A DNA stretch of 63,751 nt, the filler included, from Intoshia linei (Eukaryota > Animalia > Orthonectida): assembly GCA_001642005.1 (NCBI GenBank). It is 5 parts of 5 records of this genome, joined end to end, with 100 filler letters (N's around TTAATTAATTAA, not from the genome) between each part and the next. Parts side by side here need not be neighbours in the genome. Positions count along the whole stretch, not along the records: positions 22,853 to 48,839 come from LWCA01000482.1; positions 48,940 to 59,289 come from LWCA01001278.1; 3 more parts are not named here. One strand, 5' to 3'. Shown here in pieces: positions 40,991 to 53,998 of this stretch (position 1 is its first letter; each line of letters begins with the position of its first letter). Below the pieces are notes generated by a model, which was not told the origin of the DNA, made no database searches, and was given only the letters and a program-made list of their open reading frames with translations. The position numbers were made by a program, and so were the translations under genes.

Positions 40991-43599
40991 TATTCGTGAC
41001 ATGACTGGTTAGATTGTATAAAACCTTAAAATCTCAGATTTTCACACATTAATTTATACAAATATTCAATTCAACACGTAATAAAAGCAAAATTAAACAT
41101 TAAATACTTACAAACTATATTGAGGTATTAGATTAATTTTATATAACAATCATGTGAATTTTAAAAATAGTATAATTGTATACTAAAATATAAGTCCTTA
41201 TTAACGGAATTTCATATTTAATTTTAATCAATATTCTTTATTTGGACGATTCTATTGTAACATTTTGTCAACGAAATTAAAATATTTTTAAAATTTTTAA
41301 ATAATGGCGTTTAAATAACGACATGCTTCTTATTAGAAGTATATCAACAATAAACAATGCATTACAAAGTCTTACGCACTATATGTCTATCAATATAAAT
41401 CTATCACTGTCGATAATTATTTTCGGTAAGTTTTGAGGTGTAGTAAATTAATTTAATGTGTACTGATAATACTAATTTACTACATTTTGGAGATACTGAC
41501 GCTGAATCAATGTTTAGAAACTAGTAGTTGTTTCAATTAGCACATTTAATATTTCATCAATTTTTAATCAACATACATAAATGAGACCCGAGAATATAAA
41601 TTTTGAATTCCAGTTTCAAAAGAAATATGATATAAATTTAAAAGAATTAGTTCAGGTTATGGATGAACGATTGTATCCCAGTCAAAAAAATCAAAGAAAT
41701 ACATATGAATCCGAAAATATACAAGGTAATAAAATATTAAACGAAATAAATTGTTAATTTTACATTTCATTTAATTAATAAATTATAATTATATTTGTAA
41801 ATTATATTATTTTAACGAAACAAGACAATTTTTTGACATCACGTCTGTATATTTCATTAATTCGTTATTTTTTAGTATATAAAAGTTAATAAAAAAAATC
41901 AACTCCGTTAAAATTTAGAGTCTAAATATAAATTTTAGACGGTATATTAATTATATATTTTGATCTATTTATAAATTCAAAATATATACTATCTAAATAT
42001 TATAAAATATATATACAAGTTGTGATTATATCCCAACTAGGGCCACAAGAATTTCATAATATTACAGCACTGTGTTGGAAAAATCTGAATTTTACTATGG
42101 GACATATTTGATTAGTTTTCTCAAACACTGACAAATAATTTTTATTAACAATACAATTTAAAAATATAAATTGTTTTCACGAGTTAGTCGAATCTTAATT
42201 TTCTAGCTAGAAAACATTTATAACCAAATTGTAACTATGTTTAAAGGTATCAGTCTTACACTGCAATGCATTGAAGATTTAAAAATTATTATAAACATTT
42301 AATCTAGACTTTTTACATTTTTTACAATATAGCCCTAATTTTAACTCAATTATATATAAAATATCAATCAATATAATTGTAAAGGTTTAAATTAAAAAGT
42401 GAAATTTTTAGTAGTCTTATAGATTAGTAATACTTTTTAAACTTAATTCTAATTTTTATTATAATTTTTAATAAAACTTAATTCACATGTGATTTTTTAT
42501 ACAACTGGTTCTTCATCTTATAGTCAATGTATTAGTCGATCGCCACTCATTGAAATATTTTAAAGTCTATTGCATCAAAAAAAGGTTGGACACCCCTGCT
42601 TAAAAGTATATAATGATAATATTTTAAAATTTAAATGTATACTTGTAAAATGTATATAATTATATTTGTTGTTATACAGGGTATAATTTTAAAATTATAT
42701 AACCTTTATTATCTATGATCCTAATTTTCTCTACTACCAAAGCAAAAAAAATTGTACTTATTATTTTATTTAATTTCATTATAATTTATTTTTAATGATT
42801 AGTAATATAATTACAAAATTTTTGTAAATTAAAAAATATTTTAGGTTATTTATCATTTTAGAGTATTTACTTGTTTCATCATAATTATGTAACATATTAT
42901 TTATTGTGATCAAATTTAATTATTAAATCATAATATATTATACTAATATATATTGTATATTTAAAAATAAAATATAATAAAATACTGCCTAAAAAAATAA
43001 ATATTCATTATCACTGTAAAAATAATGATATTACACATGAGCAAAGGTTTTACCAGCATTTCTGGTTTTATTAAACTGTTTAACAAATTTTAGACAAACT
43101 GAGTGAAAGTTTTGCTATATGTAAGTAAACTAGTAAATATCTATTTAAAAAAAAATTTATTAATTTGTAGATCGTGATTTAATTTAATGCACTTCCCGTG
43201 AGGTTTATTTACAATTAATATTGTTTTTTACAAATTATAATATTGATGGAGACATACACATGTATAAAAAAGTTTCATTAATTATTTAATTATATCTAGA
43301 TTTAGCGAAACATCGACAAACTATATGAAATAAAACTTTACTGATTTAGCTACTACATTACACGTAAAATCAAAGTTTTCGGTTAATTATTGATTAATCT
43401 TGTTAACTATCAAGGATGTAAGTGATAGACATAAATTCCAAATATTAACATATAAGCATTGTATTATTAAGCATGTATCGATTAAAAAATGGTTAAAAAA
43501 ATTAAACCTAAAATCATGTTTTTCTGGTTATCCAATAATTTGAAATAACTGATAAAATTATGGGAAACATGTGCGATGCTACGCACGTTATAAAAAGTT

Positions 43600-44070
43600 A
43601 TAAAAGTGGCGTAATTTGTTGACTAAAATCCATTTTAGCAAAAATGACATATTATCCTTGTAGGCTTGTAGGTTTTAGATAAAATATTATTTCATTTTAT
43701 GAAAGATATTTTTCCAACCTTGTCAACATCTCAGAAAATAGTTTATTTGTTCATCAAAATTTTATAAGATAATTGTATGCCTCTTGTCTCTTCATTCACC
43801 TCTGTTGATTCAACCAAATGGAAATACACATTCATGATTAGACATGATTACAGTTAACTTTCCCTATTAATTGAAGCTTATGCATTTCATGGATTGTATA
43901 ATTAAAATTATAATATAAAATTCAAAACTCCTGGTCGAATATCAAAGGCTCGATGGAATTGCCGCGCTGTTTATGTACTAAAATATTTATTATTAACAAA
44001 AGACAGCCGAATAGCTTCAATGTATAACTTTATTGCTGATTATTAGGCCCTGTTTGGTTTTACTGTTGAA
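43600..44070 (+). pseudogene. hATm-like transposase relic
   Basis: FKTPGRISKARWNCRAVYVLK, resembling PGAxHxARWMxKAIYxLK; many stops. Confidence 0.6.
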
Positions 44071-45467
44071 CAAATTTAGCTATATATATCACAAATTAAA
44101 CAAAAATTCTTGGATTTTAAACAATACTCATTCATTTATCAATAATTATGAATTTAGCATTATATAAAATTTGAAAATTTCACGTGTCAACTTTATATAA
44201 CAAATATCTGTAATTGTAACTGTTGTAATGTAAGTAATTAATTTAGTAATTATCTCATTACCCACTCGATAATATTTTTTATTTTTTTCGATGATATGGA
44301 GATATAACCTTAAATATTATTAAAATATTGTTTATAGCTCAAAACGATGTGACACCCTATTTTGCAGTGTAATGATATGGTGATTTATAATAAAAATGCA
44401 ACAACAAAAAACAAGTGAAAATAATATATACTCCTATCCAATTATTCATTTTCGAGAATATAATTTAATCACTTGATTATGATGATATTAATCATTGTTA
44501 TAATTATATGATTCATTAAGTGAAAATTAAAATATAAAAATATACAATGGTTACATAATTTACCAACTTTAAATTTAGTAGTTATAATACATTCACTATA
44601 TCAAGTTTTAAATCGATAATATCGACTCAAAATATATTATTAAATAATAATAATGTTATAAATAGTTAAAATTGGGAATTTTACAAATCCATACTTACGC
44701 TTATATATATAAATTATCTATTTTATTTGTTGTTTCATTTGCATAAACAGAAGCCGTTTTGGCGTAGGGAAGACTTATTAATTTTAACACCCATTTTTAA
44801 ATTTATTATAGAAAATTAGTGTCTAATCTTGAAAAAATCCAATTATAGTTAAAACTGAAAAAAATAGTCAAGAATAACATAAATTCCAAAAAAAAAAAGT
44901 TGTAAATACATGCAGTACATACATTTTTCTGCTATAATGAATTGGTGGTAAAGCAGTATTACCACCTTTACATATTTATAAAATGTACATATAGTATACA
45001 TTAGGGTGATTCAAAAAATATAAATTCTTGTTGAGATAGGAAAAATTAAGCGAGTATTCATTATAGTACTAGTAAAATAAATTTTATATTGTTTTTCACG
45101 ATTTAAAAAGTAGGTTTACCGACTAAATCAATATACATAAGATCTTTTTAAATATGAGAATATTAATTATTTATTTTATTCATATTTAACATATAGGTAT
45201 TAGAGTTCAAGTTTTTTGAAAATTTCTGAATTTGTTTGATTTTTAGTGTAGAGTGGGCGTATTCATAAAATATCAATACAATTATTGTATTTATCTAAAA
45301 ACAAATGCCTATTCAAATTGCGCACAAGATTTTATACCGTTAGGGCTATTAAGTAAGAACCTTAAGTATCTTGATACACACTTACGAGCACAAACGGGTT
45401 AACATTCTCATACAAATATATAAATGAAAAAATAAACTTTAATTTTCTCCAATTTTACTCGCTAAAA

Positions 45468-45622
45468 TAGTGTTGCTAGAAACAATACGTACTATCAATT
45501 TTAGTTTATTTTGTAATAAATGTAAAGCCAAAACTACTTATCTATGATGACGAATAAAAATCTTCTGCTTAAAATTATTTCAAATAAACTAAAAGTGATA
45601 GTACGTATTTTTCTGGACACTT
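45468..45622. mobile_element. ~150-bp MITE; second copy at ~46424-46577, partial inverted copy at 48940-48993
   Basis: About 40-bp TIR CAGAAAAATACGTACTATCA(A/C)TTTTAGTTTATTT and a shared core AAAGCCAAAACTACTTATC. Confidence 0.75.
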
Positions 45623-46896
45623 AAGCTTAATTGATTTGTCTTTTCTATAGAATAATGCTTTTGCTTAGATAACCATAATCGAGTTTACATTTTTTCATCT
45701 TAATTATTGTGGTTTTTACGAAGGTTAATTTTTATGCAAGATTTATTAAGGCTGTATTTACTAGATTATGACATCATAATGAACCCTCAAAAGTGAGCTA
45801 GGATAAAATTCAAACAAATTATAAGTTTAACTAAATATTAATTATATTATAATATAATAATAATTGCATACCAGCTATATATAATTGAAATTTAATTGAA
45901 ATATATGTGTTAATATTTCCTCGAAACCTTATATATCATTTTTCCATCACATGATAAAATATATTTTTATAGGTAAGTTTATGTATATATATCCGGTAAC
46001 GTTTTCCATTTACATCAAGTATATTAAATATACATTTATAGATGATAGTATTAATATTAATCAAGCGGGGACCGAATCAGTTAATTAGTCGATTATACTC
46101 AGTAGTCAAAAACTATCTTACCCTTTTTTTTTTAAAATTAAACTTATCCTAAAGCAGTTGACCGTTATATACAGTCAACACATACAAAATTCAATTCAAA
46201 AAAAATGAGGAATAGTAGCCATCACGGTCAAAAAACTAATTTATACAATCATTTTTTTTGTTTCTAAACCATTTTATTAAAACAAACATAATGTGAAATA
46301 ATTAAAGGACCTACAATTAAAAAAAGTAGATTAATTCTGATGCAACTTATTCCAGTTGATATGAATACAAAATTTCAACCCTAGAAATCTACGCATTCCC
46401 GGTGAAAAATAAATTTTAAATTGAAGTGGCCAGAAAAAACATGTACTATCAATTTTAGTTTATTTGGTGATAAATGTAAAGCCAAAACTACTTATCGATG
46501 ATGACGAATAAAAATTTTCGCCTTAAAATTTATTTTAAATAAACTAAAAGTTATACTACGTATTTTTCTGGTAACTTTATTTTTATTATTAAAATATTAT
46601 AATGACTCAAAATTATATCGAGGCATGTGACACATGTTCACGGGATAAAAACGACTGGAAATATGACAGAATGAACAAGTTTATTTGCTTAAATATTATT
46701 TCAATTGCATCTGTTATCAAGTTATTGATGCGATACTTATAGTGCTGATGTTAATTTCAATCAACAAAATAAATGATGTTATTATGTTAACTAATCATGT
46801 TAATTTAAGAACAGTTAAAGATTAAGTTGAGATATTAAGGTATTGCTCGATATGCATCCCTACCGATGGTCATTATTACAACTGGTCCTAGTATAT

Positions 46897-47123
46897 AACA
46901 CGGTGCAACACTGAAAAACGTAACATGTTAAAATATATATAATTATAATCCTCTCAGTTCAGATAACAGGTAGTTATATATATTATATATATATATAAAA
47001 TATTATAATCCTTGATTATATATATGAATATGTTATTATTATTATATATATAATTAGATCAATAATAAATTAAAATTATTCGGTTACCTGTTATTTTTAG
47101 TGTTTCATTTTGTTGCACCGTGT
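46897..47123. mobile_element. mariner/Tc1-type MITE
   Basis: Inverted ends ACACGGTGCAACA / TGTTGCACCGTGT. Confidence 0.55.
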
Positions 47124-48461
47124 AATAATTACACGCTGCATCCTATTATACATAGTTAATTGTAATAATAGGATATAATAATGATGTACCAAATTATTAT
47201 CATAATAAAAATATTTTACGAATATCTAAAATAAAATAAATTTCAAAATTTTTATTTGATGATTATCATACACTGTTCCACATTTTTGAAAACATTACAA
47301 AATAGCAGAACAAAATATATTTTTCTCCTGATTTAGGTCATACATGTGATATTATTTAATATTTGACGCTATACAATATTAAAGTGAAATCAATGATAAA
47401 ATATACAAAATAAGTTACATTGATGTAAGGAATGTAATAATAATAAATAATTTATAATGAAGTCGCCAATCGACTCATTATTTATATTTCAATTACATGT
47501 ATAATTGTAGATGAATTATTATTGATATTTTTATAAATTTATCTTCCAAAATTGATCATCGTAGCCAAATTTTAGATGACTATAAGCAAATAAAAGTTCA
47601 TACATAATGATCAACATATACTGAATTCTTGATGTTAATTACTATCAGCGGCTTCTTCTGTATTTTAATGATATATCAGTGATTCTGAACTTTTGACCCG
47701 CGAGCTATTGGTGGTTCGCCAATATTTTTATTTTTTATAAAATGTTTTGACTTTGTTTAAAAAATTTTTTTTTCATAAATTTTTTAACAATTAAATATAA
47801 ATTATTTCATATTGATAAAATGTGGCCCTTCTGAAATAAAGGTTGAGAACCCCATATATATATTTTGTTCCGCTATTTTTTGGTGTTGTACAGTGATATT
47901 GAAATGTATATATATTTATTTGTCATTACATGCTAATTGTTTTATAATAAAATATGTTTAAAGCTTTCAGCTAAAATTTTTATTTAGAAATGTATATACT
48001 TACTTATAACTAAAATTAAGTTATATAGAATTTATATACTAAAATAATGTACTATATAAATTTGGATGATATGTGTAATGCCCATTGGGTATATGGGATA
48101 TTCATGTATTTATCATAAACTTCATTATGAAATGATTGCTGATGACACAATCACTGATAATGTGAATAATCATGCATAAATTAATTACCGACTATAAAGA
48201 TTTATTACGTTTAATAATTCTATAATATATTAACATACGATAGTAATATTTAATAGTGAAATTAAAAATCAGCACTATATATAATATAATGATTATTACA
48301 TTCTACATCTAAACACGTGAATTAATCTATTATAATATTGTTAACGAATATATAATATCACATTAAAAAAGAAAAGAATAGAATTTTTGTGTTTATGATA
48401 TTTATGATATTGTTTATGACTTTAAAACTTATCCCATATCATATAAATATTTAATAATTTA

Positions 48462-48839
48462 TCCTAAATTATATAAAATGCGACGCGATTTTTGTTTGTG
48501 TGTTATGTGTGTGTTACGCTTTATTGAAATAACTACCAGTTTTAGAATTTTTTAAAAATAACATTTCAATTACAGTTTTTTCTGGGACGTATAATAAGAT
48601 AAATTTTAACCTCCCAATTTCACATCTTAAGGGTCAAAAACTTGAAGTTGGTCAAAAGTTGGAGAATTTTAAAAAATATATACGCTGATGTGGATTTTAA
48701 AATCATAAATATTATTATAAATTTATATTTAAAAAAATTATATCTTCAGTACCAAAACCCCTAATTACTCTTTTTTTTTTAGTGTAAACAGCCCTAGAAT
48801 TTCAAAAAATTTACAGGTGGTAGAGTTGTATCATGTTAA
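48462..48839 (+). mobile_element. Helitron 5' part, cut by an N-gap
   Basis: A|TCCTAAATTATATAAAATGCGACGCG plus GT microsatellite plus internal units. Confidence 0.8.
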
Positions 48840-49059
48840 NNNNNNNNNNNNNNNNNNNNNNNNNNNNNNNNNNNNNNNNNNNNTTAATTAATTAANNNNN
48901 NNNNNNNNNNNNNNNNNNNNNNNNNNNNNNNNNNNNNNNCGAAAATTTTTATTCATTATCATAGATAAGTAGTTTTGGCTTTACATTTATCACAATTTGA
49001 TTGATTAATAACCCTTTTAATATCCTAAAATAATTTTTTTGTCAAGTCTTTCACTTAAT

Positions 49060-49924
49060 AATAATAAGCCTAATAATCTTAGAGCAAAAAAAAATCCCGC
49101 CCACAATCTTTTTTACTAGAACGTCTCGTAGTCGGTCCTGGTTTAAGCTGTTTTTGCATGAACATAGAACTCTGTATTGGCTTAAGTTATGTTATAATTT
49201 TTTTAGGAATATTACATTTGTTACATTATACAAAATTTGCAATTTTGGTTTTGACAAATTGACATATTGAATGAAAATAATATCTCCAATTGATTTTTCT
49301 AATTGTTGTTGTAATACCAAAGTGTGCGCCTTCCTTGGATGTATGAATAAAATCAAAAATGCTATCAATCTCCTCCTCTGAAACAATAACTCGATGATTT
49401 CCAATTAGCATTAGTTGTTCCACGTAAGCATCATTATAGTCACCTATAATATTATGAATAGTTTTATCATATTTAAGGTTGATTATTAAATATTCGGTTT
49501 TGTTGTAGTACAGTATTCTAGGCAGAATATTTCAGACGCAGCTTTTCTTTAGTAGAAACACCCTCAGGTAACATTTTAAAATGTGGTGAAATGTTTAACG
49601 AATTTTTTATATCAATGTTCCATCACACATCCAATACTTTGAATCCTTCAAAATTTGCATTAAGCTTGTGGTATAGTATATAAGAATTCTATTTTTGTCG
49701 CCAACACCACTGTCGTACAATAAAAACTTTCTATTATAAGTGGTTAGAGTTAAACTAATAGGTATCTCAAAATCTCTAATATCATGAGGGATTGGTGGGT
49801 AAGAACTTTCTAATCTTTGTTTACGTCTAATAGTTTGTCTTAAGTTGGTTGATGTTGCAATTAGAGACGACGTTTCTTCTGTGACATTTTGCATTACAGC
49901 CTGTAAAATGCTTCGAGGTTGATC
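49060..49924 (-). pseudogene. MULE (Mutator-like) transposase relic
   Basis: DQPRSILQAV...NLRQTIRRKQR...YPPIP...KFLLYDSG..RILIY..LKDSKYWMCDGT (MULE first catalytic D); downstream parts deleted or frameshifted. Confidence 0.85.
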
Positions 49925-50423
49925 TCAAGAGGAAATATCAAGTCTTTTAACAACGTTTTCACATTTCCGCACTGATATCACTCCGGGATTCGGTAATCTC
50001 TGTATCATATATTCTCTGATCATCTCAATATATGATGACACTATTACTTGCTGGCCTATGTCTAGATATGACATGATCTCTCTTGCTTCTCTGAACACAA
50101 CTGCAGAATGGGGAAATTCTTTATCAATTCCATGCCATGGGAATATGTTGAAGAAATCTTTCCCTATCTCAATTGGAAGCATCACCATAAACCTGTAATG
50201 GAGGACTTTCCCGAACCATGATTCACATGCAGAACCACAATAAGTGCTGGCCCACATCTGCGATCGTCTTCACATTTATAGACCGCAACGGTTGCTTGTA
50301 GATGAATTCTGTACGATCATCACAAACCGTGTAAATCATAACATTAAAAATTCAGGTGCCGAACCCAATTAACGTAACCATATCGTGACGAAGTTTGGAC
50401 TCAGCTGCATGGGTAGTGCACCT
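49925..50423 (-). other. Compositionally foreign ~500-bp segment with an intronless orphan ORF (49925-50257)
   Basis: Much higher GC than the flanks, no poly-A/T runs, six GATC sites, bounded by TGATC on both sides. Confidence 0.55.
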
Positions 50424-51125
50424 GATCGTTACTTGTGACTTTGACAACTGCTGTATTTATTTATTATTATATGGTTATATTTATTTTATTAAAATGACCT
50501 AGGATAAAAATGTATCGTAAAGGCCAATCACGAGTAACATAATGATCGCTTTTAATAGTTACCTTAAATAAACAAAAATGATTCGGATATTTGACGTTTC
50601 CACGATGTATACCTATTGAAAGCGATACAATTTTAAAATCATAGCAAATCTCCTAATTATGTTCATCGTATTAATTTCTAGTTATTTTTATTAGTATTAG
50701 TTATTCTAAGTAACCCTTATCCATCAAAAAATACATGACATCTCTTGAAATTGTTTTTGTTCTGTATAAACGATTTTCTGACAAGAAAGATCTAATCTAA
50801 ATTGTATCAGTTTCAAAAAATAGAACCGTATATGTTGGGTTGTTTCCATTTTTCCTTTATTTATAAATTTAATTTATGTATAACTAACTAAATTATTAAA
50901 AAGGAATTTGGATCCACATATTTGCATAATTTTCCTCGGTCGACTTTTTTGCATTCTATTTTTTTAAAAATAGACAAGTTTAATTTAATTTTAAATATAT
51001 ACTTGGCGATTTTAGGTAATTCCCAAATGTAGTTTTATTTATTATAGTGGTCTTATTGTTAAAAAGGCCCGAAGTATATTAATTATATTATAGTATCATT
51101 TTTATTAATTTATTTAAATTTTTAG

Positions 51126-51929
51126 TTATACATGTATCAACTTTTTCGGAGCTTGGCATACATACATTCAAAGCAAATATGCCACCGTGATATAAAACCT
51201 CACAATTTATTAATATTCACTGATCGTGGAATATTAAAATTGTGTGATTTCGGAAGTTCAAAGCAACTTATTTCAGGGGAAGCCAACGTTTCTTACATTT
51301 GTTCCCGCTACTACCGTGCGCCAGAATTGATATTTGGAGCAACCGATTACACATCTCAAATTGATGTATGGTCATCAGGTTGTGTTATGGCAGAATTACT
51401 TCTCGGTCAACCTATATTTCCTGGTGAGAGTGGAGTAGATCAACTCGTAGAAATAATTAAAATACTTGGAACCCCAACATCAGACGAAATAAAAAAAATG
51501 AACGCCAATTATACAGATTACAGATTCCCACCAGTAAAACCTCATGTTTGGTCAAAAGTTTTTCGACCTCGAACTCCAAAAGAAGCTTCAGATTTAATAT
51601 CTCAATTGTTAAAATATATTTCAAAAAAGAGATACACTCCATTACAAGCCTGTTGCTCTCCGTTTTTTGATAACCTTCGCGAACATGGAACAAAACTTCC
51701 AAATTCTAATAAACTGCCACCTTTATTCAATTTTACTTCAGAAGAATTAGAAATTGAACCGGCTTTAATAGATAATTTAATACCGCCTCATACTCGTAAA
51801 AAAGACGAAGGTGCACAAAGTACCAAACCTCTTGATCCAATGTAAATTATTAATATTATTTTTTTAACTTATTTTTATAGCGAGGATGCACCGACACCCA
51901 AAAATGTTTCCAAAAAAACTGAACTGTAA
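51126..51929 (+). CDS. GSK3: Glycogen synthase kinase 3, 3' part only (exons 51126-51841 and 51881-51929); N-lobe exons not seen in the window
   Basis: [75 protein letters not shown]. The acceptor TTTAG sits at the conserved K|LYMYQ junction; a 39-nt final intron gives the tail [18 protein letters not shown]. Confidence 0.95.
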
Positions 51930-52066
51930 AAATCTTCAAACTACATTCTGTATTTTAATCATTAAACCTCGTTATTTGTAATTATAAAAATTAAAATTGA
52001 ATCAAATTTTCATTATTTATTAACATTTTTACATTTCAATAATACTCAACATTGAGTAGTTTTCAC

Positions 52067-53514
52067 TTATTCATTTTGTATTACACTGTTTATAGGTTTA
52101 TTTACTGTTTTTGAGAGATATTCGTTACATGCAGTTAAAGCGGCTTGTGTATGTTTTGTTATTTCATCTACAGATTTAAGAATTGATTCATGATCTGATT
52201 GCAATTCTTTCACGTTTATTTCAGTCAACTATATAAAAATAAAATTTCAATATCCAAATTATAAAGTTACATTTTTCAACTCTAGATTAAATTGTATTTC
52301 CTCTTCTTTAATTTTTTTCTTTCTGCATTCATGTTCTTCCTTTTTTATTTCCAACTCTGAGAGTATTTTACTCTAAAAAATAAATTCATCTATTCTACAC
52401 TAGTTCCAAATGATAACCAGGATCCATTCATAGGACTGGCTTACTTTGGTTATAATTACTTGATGTCCTTCCAACGAAGCTACATTTCTTTTAAGACTAT
52501 CCAACTTTTCAGCGGTAACAACAGTTTTTGTGTCTGGAACTTTAGCTGAACTAAATATAGAGTAGACAAGCTCATTGTTTCGGTAATATCGTTTAGCTGA
52601 TATGTGTTTGATTGAGCATTCTTCATCGCCCTCTAATTTTTGAAATGTTACAATAAAGAGCATACAAAAAATTACCGGCCACGTTTTCAATAGGTTGTAT
52701 AAAATAGCGAGATTCGTTTTTCTAAATTACAATGTAAATAAAAATGTGTCCTTTTATAAAAAATTTACAATTAGTTTTTCTTCAAGGTCCATGTCATCTA
52801 AAAATAAAATGTATAAATCAGGTTACGTTTTATAGTTTAAATAATTATTACATTTAGATTTAATTTGATGTTTTGACTTATTTTGATTGTAAAATTTTCT
52901 CATTTGTTCTTGATATTTTAACTGCAATTGTAAGTAAACATATCAAATAATTATACTTTATCATTTTCGTATTCCATTATATATGGCTGTTTTTCATTGT
53001 CTGACAAATTACGCCACATGTTACCCACTAATCTTCCAATATCCCACATTTTCAACTTTTCATTACGTCGCTTGACGTCATCCCAAACCTATAATTGTAA
53101 TTATCATTAAACATGAAACTGGCATACCTTCCGACTATATCTAAAATACGGCATTTGTGGTTTGTCTGGAGGTTTATTCATTGTATTTTTTGAATTATTC
53201 TAAATTTGGTTAATATTTGAAATACAAAAATATAATACCTTGTAAAAATTCCTTATTGGAGGATATAAAGGATGTGAATAACTTTCCTATATTTTTATTT
53301 AAATTTTCATTTACATTACTGTCGACTTTGATAAATCAAACAATAATAATATATATTTATACAAAATCGATATAATTAAACTATTTGGACTTTGATAAAA
53401 AATTAATTAATCGATATCAAACTATAAATACTTGAATACAGAAGTATAGTAATAAGTTGGTAAATATGCAAAGTAAAACATTGACAATTCTATTTCATTA
53501 AAAATTACCGACAT
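52067..53514 (-). CDS. SMARCE1: SMARCE1/BAF57, HMG-box subunit of SWI/SNF (about 10 exons)
   Basis: KPPDKPQMPYFRYSRK|VWDDVKRRNEKLKMWDIGRLVGNMWRNLSDNEKQPYIMEYENDK; SIKHISAKRYYRNNELVYSIFSSAKVPDTKTVVTAEKLDSLKRNVASLEGHQ (NHRLI region) and the following coiled coil. Putative 6-nt first exon ATG TCG. Confidence 0.92.
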
Positions 53515-53663
53515 TTCGAATTCAATATGTTGCTTTATGAATAAAATTAAATAAACTTGTTTCTATAGTAGTATATATATAGTAATTTGCAATATTCATT
53601 TTAAATTGATACAATTTCATGAAATTTATTTTGTTACATCAAGTGTTCGTTTACGTAACGTAA

Positions 53664-53677
53664 GTTACGTTGGCAAC
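53664..53677. promoter_or_regulatory. Possible RFX X-box upstream of SMARCE1
   Basis: GTTACGTTGGCAAC, an imperfect match to GTNRCC-N-RGYAAC, about 150 bp upstream of the ATG and within a palindromic ACGTAACGT patch. Confidence 0.3.
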
Positions 53678-53998
53678 AATTATTTAATAAACTTTATTTT
53701 GTAACATTAGTGCATTTGAACTAACGTTGATCATCAACGCTGTATTCTGAACCATAACAGATTTAAATAGTTTTAATATTTAAATCACGATTCTACATAT
53801 CAAATTTGTGACAAATTAGTTGGTTTTAATAAATTGACAATTTTATAAAACTACACCTTTTGATTACTATTCAATGAACAATGTTTATTTCCTCAAATTG
53901 GCCAAATCATAGAAACATCCCAAATTTAGAATACCATTCAATGTAAATTAAAAGATTTAATAACATAAATAACAATTAATAAATAGGTAATTATAACA

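Noticed and set aside
41323-43400. Possible + strand exons with good GTAAG donors
   Set aside because: No consistent reading frame or recognisable product.
50430-51080. Exon-like minus-strand islands (CKKVDRGKLCKYVDP; IRSFLSENRLYRTK; GIHRGNVKYPNHF)
   Set aside because: Could not be chained in phase without a stop and no start was found; may be a gene remnant, unproven.
51457-51702. 81-aa minus-strand ORF
   Set aside because: Antisense shadow of GSK3.
52400-52690. ORF with an apparent signal peptide (MKTWPVIFCMLF)
   Set aside because: The 'signal' is intron read-through; the core is a SMARCE1 exon.
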